Below, piece after piece: positions 55,301 through 64,000 of a stretch of 64,000 bases of DNA. Position numbers and translations under genes: made by a program. Origin of the DNA: Eledone cirrhosa (taxonomy: Eukaryota). The stretch spans positions 207,080,001-207,144,000 of the forward strand of contig OZ024743.1 of the NCBI GenBank assembly GCA_964016885.1, given 5' to 3'. The notes beneath the pieces are model-generated. The model was given only the letters and a program-made list of their open reading frames with translations. It had not been told where the DNA came from and made no database searches. Positions within the stretch are counted from its first letter, which is position 1; each line of letters starts with the position of its first letter.

Positions 55301-58300
55301 AGGGAGCTCATCCCACTGGTCAGCTCTGATACTGATCCTTTGTACCATATATACACTGTAGGGAGCTCATCCCACTGTTCAGCTCTGATACTGATCCTTG
55401 GTACCATATATACACTGCAGGGAGCTCATCCCACTGGTCAACTCTGATACTGATCCTTGGTACCATATATACACTACTGGGAGATCATCCCACTGGTCAG
55501 CTCTGATACTCGTCCTTGGTACCATATATACACTGAAGGGAGCTCATCCCACTGGTCAGCTCTGATACTCATCCTTGCTACCATATATACACTACTGGGA
55601 GCTCATCCCACTGGTCAGCTCTGATACTGATCCTTGGTACCATATATACACTGCAGGGAGCTCATCCCACTGGTCAGCTCCTGCTTACTGATCCTTGGTA
55701 CCATATATACACTGAAGGGAGCTCATCCCACTGGTCAGCTCCAGCATACTGATCCTTGGTACCATATATACACTGCAGGGAGCTCATCCCATTGGTCAGC
55801 TCCAGCATACTGATCCTTGGTACCAGATAAATACTGAAGGGAGCTCATCCCACTGGTCAGCTCTGATACTGATCCTTGGTACCATATATACACTGAAGGG
55901 AGCTCATCCCACTGGTCAGCTCAGATACTGATCCTTGGTACCATATATACACTGTTGGGAGCTCATCCCTCTGGTCAGCTCTGATACTGATCCTTGGTAC
56001 CATATATACACTGAAGGGAGCTCATCCCACTGGTCAGCTCTGATACTGATCCTTGGCACCATATATACACTGTTGGGAGCTCATCCCACTGGTCAGCTCT
56101 GATACTGATCCTTGGTACCATATATACACTGAAAGGAGCTCATCCCATGGTCAGCTCTGAAACTGATCCTTGGTACCATATATACACTGAAGGGAGCTCA
56201 TCCCACTGGTCAGCTCTGATACTGATCCTTGGTACCATATATACACTGCTGGGAGCTCATCCCACTGGCCAGCTCTGATACTGATCCTTGGTACCATATA
56301 TACACTGAAGGGAGCTCATCCCACTGGCCAGCTCTGATACTGATCCTTGGTACCATATATACACTGAAGGGAGCTCATCCCACTGGTCAGCTCTGATACT
56401 GATCCTTGGTACCATATATACACTACTGGAAGCTCATCCCACTGGTCAGCTCTGATACTGATCCTTGGTAGAATATATACACTGAAGGGAGCACATCCCA
56501 CTGGCCAGCTCTGATACTGATCCTTGGTACCATATATACACAGCTGGGAGCTCATCCCACTGGTCAGCTCTGATACTGATCCTTGTTACCATATATACAC
56601 TGCAGGGAGCTCATCCCACTGGTCAGCTCAGATACTGATCCTTGGTACCATATATACACTGCAGGGAGCTCATCCCACTGGTCAGCTCTGATACTGATCC
56701 TTGGTACCTTATATACACTACTGGGAGCTCATCCCACTGGTCAGCTCTGATACTGATCCTTGGTACCATATATACACTGCAGGGAGCTCATCCCACTGGT
56801 CAACTCCGATACTGATCCTTGGTACCATATATACACTGCTGGGAGCTCATCCCACTGGTCAGCTCTGATACTCATCCTTGGTACCATATATACACTGAAG
56901 GGAGCTCATCCCACTGGTCAGCTCTGATACTCATCCTTGGTACTATATATACACTACTGGGAGCTCATCCCACTGGTCAGCTCTGATACTGATCCTTGGT
57001 ACCATATATACACTGCAGGGAGCTCATCCCACTGGTCAGCTCTGATACTCATCCTTGGTACCATATATACACTGAAGGGAGCTCATCCCACTGGTCAACT
57101 CTGATACTGATCCTTGGCAACATATATACACTGCTGGGAGCTCATCCTACTGGTCAGATGTGATACTGATCCTTGGCACCATATATACACTGCTGGGAGC
57201 TCATCCTACTGGTCAGCTCTGATACTGATCCTTGGTACCATATATACACTGCAGGGAGCTCATCCCACTTGTCAGCTCTGATACTGATCCTTGGTACCAT
57301 ATATACACTGAAGGGAGCTCATCCCACTGGTCAGCTCTGATACTGATCCTTGGTACCATATATACACTGCTGGGAGCTCATCCCACTGGTCAGCTCTGAT
57401 ACTGATCCTTGGCACCATATATACACTGAAGGGAGCTCATCCCACTGGTCAGCTCTGATACTGATCCTTGGTACCATATATACACTGATGGCAGCTCATC
57501 CCACTGGTCAGCTCTGATACTGATCCTTGGCACCATATATACACTGATGGCAGCTCATCCCACTGGTCATCTCTGATACTGATCCTTGGCACCATATATA
57601 CACTGCTGGGAGCTCATCCCACTGGTCAGCTCTGATACTGATCCTTGGCACCATATATACACTGAAGGGAGCTCATCCCACTGGTCAGCTCTGATACTGA
57701 TCTTTGGTACCATATATACACTGCTGGGAGCTCATCCCACTGGTCAGCTCTGATACTGATCCTTGGTACCCTATATACACTGCTGGGAGCTCATCCCACT
57801 GGTCAGCTCTGATACTGATTCTTGGTACCATATATACACTGCTGGGAGCTCATCCCACTGGTCAGCTCTGATAGTGATCCTTGGTACCATATATACACTG
57901 CTGGGAGCTCATCCCACTGGTCAGCTCTGATACTGATTCTTGGTACCATATATACACTGAAGGGAGCTCATCCCACTGGTCAGCTCTTATACTGATTCTT
58001 GGTACCATATATACACTGCTGGGAGCTCATCCCACTGGTCAGCTCTGATACTGATTCTTGGTACCATATATACACTGAAGGGAGCTCATTCCACTGGTCA
58101 GCTCTGATACTGATTCTTGGTACCATATATACACTGCTGGGAGCTCATCCCACTGGTCAGCTCTGATACTGATTCTTGGTACCATATATACACTGAAGGG
58201 AGCTCATCCCACTGGTCAGCTCTGATACTGATTCTTGGTACCATATATACACTGCTGGGAGCTCATCCCACTGGTCAGCTCTGATACTGATTCTTGGTAC

Positions 58301-58400
58301 CATATATACACTGAAGGGAGCTCATCCCACTGGTCAGCTCTGATACTGATCCTTGGTACCATATATACACTGCTGGATCACATCCCACTGGTCAGCTCTG
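48090..58400 (+). repeat. Higher-order repeat family with three successive periods of 3662, 3131 and 3544 bp (about 62, 53 and 60 monomers)
   Basis: Pseudo-ORF pairs 49523/53185 (3662), 51560/54691 and 53185/56316 (3131), 54691/58235 (3544). 3131 = 53x59 + three 61-mers - two 1-bp deletions (GGATCACATC and CCCATGG), all of which are visible. Confidence 0.85.
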
Positions 58401-61400
58401 ATACTGATCCTTGGTACCATATATACACTGCTGGGAGCTCATCCCACTGGTCAGCTCCAGCATACTGATCCTTGGTACCATATATACACTGCTGGGAGCT
58501 CATCCCACTGGCCAGCTCTGATACTGATCCTTGGTACCATATATACACTGAAGGGAGCTCATCCCACTTGCCAGCTCTGATACTGATCCTTGGTACCATA
58601 TATACACTGCTGGGAGCTCATCCCACTGGTCAGCTCTGATACTGATCCTTGGTACCATATATACACTACTGGGAGCTCATCACACTGGTCAGCTCTGATA
58701 CTGATCCTTGGTACAATATATACACTGAAGGGAGCACATCCCACTGGCCAGCTCTGATACTGATCCTTGGTACCATATATACACAGCTGGGAGCTCATCC
58801 CACTGGTCAGCTCTGATACTGATCCTTGTTACCATATATACACTGCAGGGAGCTCATCCCACTGGTCAGCTCTGATACTGATCCTTGGTACCATATATAC
58901 ACTGCAGGGAGCTCATCCCACTGGTCAGCTCTGATACTGATCCTTGGTACCATATATACACTGCTGGGAGCTCATCCCACTGGTCAGCTCTGATACTGAT
59001 CCTTGGTACCATATATACACTGCAGGTAGCTCATCCAACTGGTCAACTCTGATAGTGATCCTTGGTACCATATATACACTGCAGGGAGCTCATCCCACTG
59101 GTCAACTCTGATACTGATCCTTGGTACCATATATACACTGCTGGGAGCTCATCCCACTGGTCAGCTCTGATACTCATCCTTGGTACCATATATACACTGA
59201 AGGGAGCTCATCCCACTGGTCAGCTCTGATACTCATCCTTGGTACTATATATACACTACTGGGAGCTTATCCCACTGGTCAGCTCTGATACTGATCTTTG
59301 GTACCATATATACACTACTGGGAGCTCATCCGACTGGTCAGCTCTGATACTGATCCTTGGTACCATATATACACTGCTGGGAGCTTATCCCACTGGTCAG
59401 CTCTGATACTGATCCTTGGTACCATATATACACAGCTGGGAGCTCATCCCACTGGTCAGCTCTGATACTGATCCTTGGTACCATATATACACTACTGGGA
59501 GCTCATCCCACTGGTCAGCTCTGATACTGTTCCTTGGTACCATATATACACTGCAGGGAGCTCATCCCACTGGTCAGCTCTGATACTCATCCTTGGTACC
59601 ATATATACACTGAAGGGAGCTCATCCCACTGGTCAACTCTGATACTGATCCTTGGCACCATATATACACTGCTGGGAGCTCATCCTACTGGTCAGCTCTG
59701 ATACTGATCCTTGGTACCATATATACACTGCTGGGAGCTCATCCCACTTGTTAGCTCTGATACTGAACCTTGGCACCATATATACACTGCTGGGAGCTCA
59801 TCCCACTGGTCAGCTCTGATACTGATCCTTGGCACCATATATACACTGATCGCAGCTCATCCCACTGGTCAGCTCTGATACTGATCCTTGGCACCATATA
59901 TACACTGCTGGGAGCTCATCCTACTGGTCAGCTCTGATACTGATCCTTGGTACCATATATACACTGCAGGGAGCTCATCCCACTTGTCAGCTCTGATACT
60001 GAACCTTGGCACCATATATACACTGCAGGGAGCTCATCCCACTGGTCAGCTCTGATACTGATCCTTGGCACCATATATACACTGATCGCAGCTCATCCCA
60101 CTGGTCAGCTCTGATACTGATCCTTGGCACCATATATACACTGCTGGGAGCTCATCCCACTGGTCAGCTCTGATACTGATCCTTGGCACCATATATACAC
60201 TGAAGGGAGCTCATCCCACTGGTCAGCTCTGATACTGATCCTTGGTACCATATATACACTGCTGGGAGCTCATCCCACTGGTCAGCTCTGATACGGATTC
60301 TTGGTACCATATATACACTGCTGGGAGCTCATCCCACTGGTCAGCTCTGATAGTGATCCTTGGTACCATATATACACTGCTGGGAGCTCATCCCACTGGT
60401 CAGCTCTGATACTGATTCTTGGTACCATATATACACTGAAGGGAGCTCATCCCACTGGTCAGCTCTGATACTGATTCTTGGTACCATATATACACTGCTG
60501 GGAGCTCATCCCACTGGTCAGTTCTGATACTGATTCTTGGTACCATATATACACTGAAGGGAGCTCATCCCACTGGTCAGCTCTGATACTGATTCTTGGT
60601 ACCATATATACACTGCTGGGAGCTCATCCCACTGGTCAGCTCTGATACTGATTCTTGATACCATAAATACACTGAAGGGAGCTCATCCCACTGGTCAGCT
60701 CTGATACTGATCCTTGGTACCATATATACACTGCTGGGATCACATCCCACTGGTCAGCTCTGATACTGATCCTTGGTACCATATATACACTGCTGGGAGC
60801 TCATCCCACTGGTCAGCTCCAGCATACTGATCCTTGGTACCATATATACACTGCAGGGAGCTCATCCCACTAGTCAGCTCTGATACTGATTCTTGATACC
60901 ATATATACACTGAAGGGAGCTCATCCCACTGGTCAGCTCTGATACTGATCCTTGGTACCATATATACACTGAAGGGAGCTCATCCCACTGGTCAGCTCTG
61001 ATACTGATCCTTGGTACCATATATACACTGCAGGGAGCTCATCCCACTGGTCAGCTCCAGCATACTGATCCTTGGTACCATATATACACTGCAGGGAGCT
61101 CATCCCACTGGTCAGCTCTGATACTGATCCTTGGTACCATATATACACTGCAGGGAGCTCATCCCACTGGTCAGCTCTGATACTGATCCTTGGTACCATA
61201 TATACACTGCTGGGAGCTCATCCCACTGGTCAGCTCTGATAGTGATCCTTGGCACCATATATACACTACTGGGAGCTCATCCCACTGGTCAGCTCTGATA
61301 CTGATCCTTGGTACCATATATACACTGAAGGGAGCTCATCCCACTGGCCAGCTCTGATACTGATCCTTGTACCATATATACACTGCTGGGAGCTCATCCC

Positions 61401-63530
61401 ACTGGTCAGCTCTGATACTGATCCTTGGTACCATATATACACTGAAGGGAGCTCATCCCACTGGCCAGCTCTGATACTGATCCTTGTACCATATATACAC
61501 TGCTGGGAGCTCATCCCACTGGTCTGCTCTGGTACTGATCCTTGGTACCATATATACACTGCTGGGAGCTCATCCCACTGGTCAGCTCTGATACTGATCC
61601 TTGTTACCATATATACACTGCAGGGAGCTCATCCCACTGGTCAGCTCTGATACTGATCCTTGGTACCATATATACACTGCAAGGAGCTCATCCCACTGGT
61701 CAGCTCTGATACTGATCCTTGGTACCATATATACACTGCTGGGAGCTCATCCCACTGGTCAGCTCTGATACTGATCCTTGGCACCATATATACACTGCAG
61801 GGAGCTCATCCCACTGGTCAGCTCTGATACTGATCCTTGGTACCATATATACACTGCAGGGAGCTCATCCCACTGGTCTGCTCTGATACTCATCCTTGGT
61901 ACCATATATACACTGCTGGGAGCTCATGCCACTGGTCAGCTCTGATACTGATCCTTGGTACCATATATACACTACTGGGAGCTCATCCCACTGGTCAGCT
62001 CTGATACTGATCCTTCGTACCATATATACACTACTGGGAGCTCATCCCACTGGTCAGCTCTGATACTGATCCTTGGTACCATATTTACACTGCTGGGAGC
62101 TCATCCCACTGGTCAGCTCTGATACTGATCCTTGGTACCATATATACACTACTGGGAGCTCATCCCACTGGTCAGCTCTGATACTGATCCTTGGTACCAT
62201 ATATACACTGAAGGGAGCTCATCCCACTGGTCAGCTCTGATACTCATCCTTGGTACCATATATACACTGAAGGGAGCTCATCCCACTGATCAGCTCTGAT
62301 ACTCATCCTTGGTACCATATATACACTGAAGGGAGCTCATCCCACTGGTCAGCTCTGATACTCATCCTTGGTACCATATATACACTACTGGTAGCTCATC
62401 CCACTGGTCAGCTCTGATACTGATCCTTGGTACCATATATACACTACTGGGAGCTCATCCCACTGGTCAGCTCTGATACTGATCCTTGGTACCATATATA
62501 CACTGCTGGGAGCTCATCCCACTGGTCAGCTCTGATACTGATCCTTGGCACCATATATACACTGCTGGGAGCTCATCCCACTGGTCAGCTCTGATACTGA
62601 TCCTTGGCACCATATATACACTGAAGGGAGCTCATCCCACTGGTCAGCTCTGATAGTGAACCTTGGTACCATATATACACTAAAGGGAGCTCATCCCACT
62701 GGTCAGCTCTGATAGTGATCCTTGGTACCATATATACACTGAAGGGAGCTCATCCCACTGGTCAGCTCTGATACTGATCCTTGGCACCATATATACACTG
62801 AAGGGAGCTCATCCCACTGGTCAGCTCTGATACTGATCCTTGGTACCATATATACACTGAAAGGAGCTCATCCCACTGGTCAGCTCTGATAGTGAACCTT
62901 GGTACCATGTATACACTGAAGGGAGCTCATCCCACTGGTCAGCTCTGATAGTGATCCTTGGTACCATATATACACTGAAGGGAGCTCATCCCACTGGTCA
63001 GCTCTGATACTGATCCTTGGCACCATATATACACTGCAGGGAGCTCATCCCACTGGTCAGCTCTGATAGTGATCCTTGGTACCATATATACACTGCAGGG
63101 AGCTCATCCCACTAGTCAGCTCTGATAGTGATCCTTGGTACCATATATACACTGCTGGGAGCTCATCCCACTGGTCAGCTCTGATACTGATCCTTGGTAC
63201 CATATATACACTGCTGGGAGCTCATCCCACTGGTCAGCTCTGATAGTGATCCTTGGTACCATATATACACTGCTGGGAGCTCATCCTACTGGTCAGCTCT
63301 GATACTGATCCTTGGTACCATATATACACTGCAGGGAGCTCATCCCACTGGTCAGCTCTGATACTGATCCTTGGTACCATATATACACTGCAGGGAGCTC
63401 ATCCCACTGGTCAGCTCTGATACTGATCCTTGGTACCATATATACACTGCTGGGAGCTCATCCCACTGGTCAGCTCCAGCATACTGATCCTTGGCACCAA
63501 TGATTTCTAATTTAGGCACAAGACCAGAAA

Positions 63531-63841
63531 TTTCTCTCTCCTGCTCTTTCTCTCTCTCTCTCACCTCTCTACAGTCTCTCTCTTGTGCTCTCTCTCTCTA
63601 CCCATCTATCCCACCCGCTCTCTCTTTCTGCTGTTCCCTAGCTCTCTGTCTCATGCTCTCTGCTCTCTCTCTCTCGTTTTGCCTTTCTCTCATGCCTGTT
63701 CTCTTTCTCTTTCTGTTGTTCCTATTCTCTCCTGTTCCCCGCTCTCTGTCTCATGCTCTCTCTCTCTCTCCTGCCCCATCTCTCTGTCTCCCCTATTCCC
63801 TTTCTCTCTCGCCTGCTATCTCTCCTGCTCTCCCTCTCTAT
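63531..63841 (+). repeat. Degenerate (CT)n / polypyrimidine low-complexity tract
   Basis: Overwhelmingly C and T on the + strand, with many interrupted CTCTCT runs directly after the array end. Confidence 0.92.
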
Positions 63842-64000
63842 TTTGAGAAAGAACAACTCTCTCCTTATAGCCCCTCCCTCTCCTCCATCCAACACTATGT
63901 CACTGTCAGACAAGAAGTGGAGGAAAGGGAGACAATCATTACTGAACTACACTGTTTCTACCTCATCCTCCCCACCTCCACAATCCTCCACCTCCACCTT

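Larger units (their letters stand above)
1..63499 (+). repeat. Tandem satellite DNA array, 59-bp monomer with a 61-bp variant, about 1,070 copies, single orientation, open at the left edge
   Basis: TGATCCTTGGTACCATATATACACTnnnGGGAGCTCATCCCACTGGTCAGCTC(TG/CAGC)ATAC recurs continuously from base 1 to ...GATCCTTGGCACCA at 63499. Monomers usually differ from consensus by only a few substitutions. Most carry KpnI (GGTACC) and SacI (GAGCTC) sites. I saw no inverted monomer or foreign insertion. Confidence 0.99.

Noticed and set aside
1-63499. CRISPR array
   Set aside because: The ~60-bp period and palindromes are superficially similar, but there are no unique spacers (only about 3 variable nt), no leader and no cas genes.
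1-63499. Satellite-encoded hammerhead ribozyme, as in newt or schistosome satellites
   Set aside because: CTGATAC resembles the CUGANGA box but lacks the GA. The consensus has no GAAA core on either strand, and the minus-strand CTGACCA and GGATGAG also fail.
1-63499. Immunoglobulin class-switch region (AGCT/GAGCT-rich)
   Set aside because: There are two AGCT motifs per monomer, but known switch regions are a few to about 10 kb long and flanked by Ig exons. This array exceeds 63 kb, lacks marked G-strand bias and has no Ig sequence nearby.
1-63499. Tandem tRNA, 5S, snRNA or spliced-leader genes, rDNA spacer repeats, or telomeric repeat
   Set aside because: The unit is too short, with no cloverleaf, no recognisable A/B boxes, no oligo-T terminator, no TTAGGG-type motif and no rRNA sequence.
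1-63499. CENP-B box-containing alpha-like satellite
   Set aside because: The CENP-B box needs TTCG and CGGG elements, and the consensus has no CpG.
1-63499. Synthetic concatemer or wholly artefactual assembly (KpnI/SacI/PstI sites in each unit)
   Set aside because: Nested duplications sharing private mutations and a natural-looking flank indicate biological evolution. Individual near-perfect duplications still need read support.
226-63503. Numerous 60-238 aa ORFs on both strands as protein-coding genes
   Set aside because: All are translations of the same monomer in shifting frames. The 59-bp unit is not a multiple of three, ORFs appear mainly where 61-mers or indels bypass stops, many starts are TTG, and no known domain is recognisable.
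63352-63913. ORFs 63352-63564, 63583-63846 and 63722-63913
   Set aside because: These are Ser/Leu- or Arg/Glu-rich translations of the CT/AG low-complexity tract, which is naturally poor in stop codons.

Overview
Positions 1-~63499 are one uninterrupted, head-to-tail satellite (very long minisatellite) array of roughly 1,070 monomers. The consensus monomer is 59 bp: TGATCCTTGGTACCATATATACACT[GAA/GCA/GCT/ACT]GGGAGCTCATCCCACTGGTCAGCTCTGATAC. A common 61-bp allele ends in CTCCAGCATAC instead of CTCTGATAC. The array starts upstream of the window and ends abruptly at ~63499. It is followed by a ~310-bp CT-rich low-complexity tract and ~160 bp of unique-looking sequence. The consensus is ~49% GC with no CpG, which fits a methylated eukaryotic (probably animal) genome; the organism cannot be determined. 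I cannot support any protein-coding gene, RNA gene, CRISPR array or transposon: the ORF-track entries are translations of the repeat or of the CT tract. The real structure is internal. It consists of a multi-allelic variant code, local 117/118/120-bp dimers, nested higher-order duplications (about 1.0, 1.5, 2.4, 2.5, 3.1-3.7, 5.1, 6.2 and 9.0 kb), landmark cassettes that change stepwise along the array, and a quasi-palindromic relationship that may explain the 61-bp allele. Offsets were derived by hand from marker variants and ORF-track coordinates, so block boundaries are approximate. I found no solid evidence for a novel functional system.
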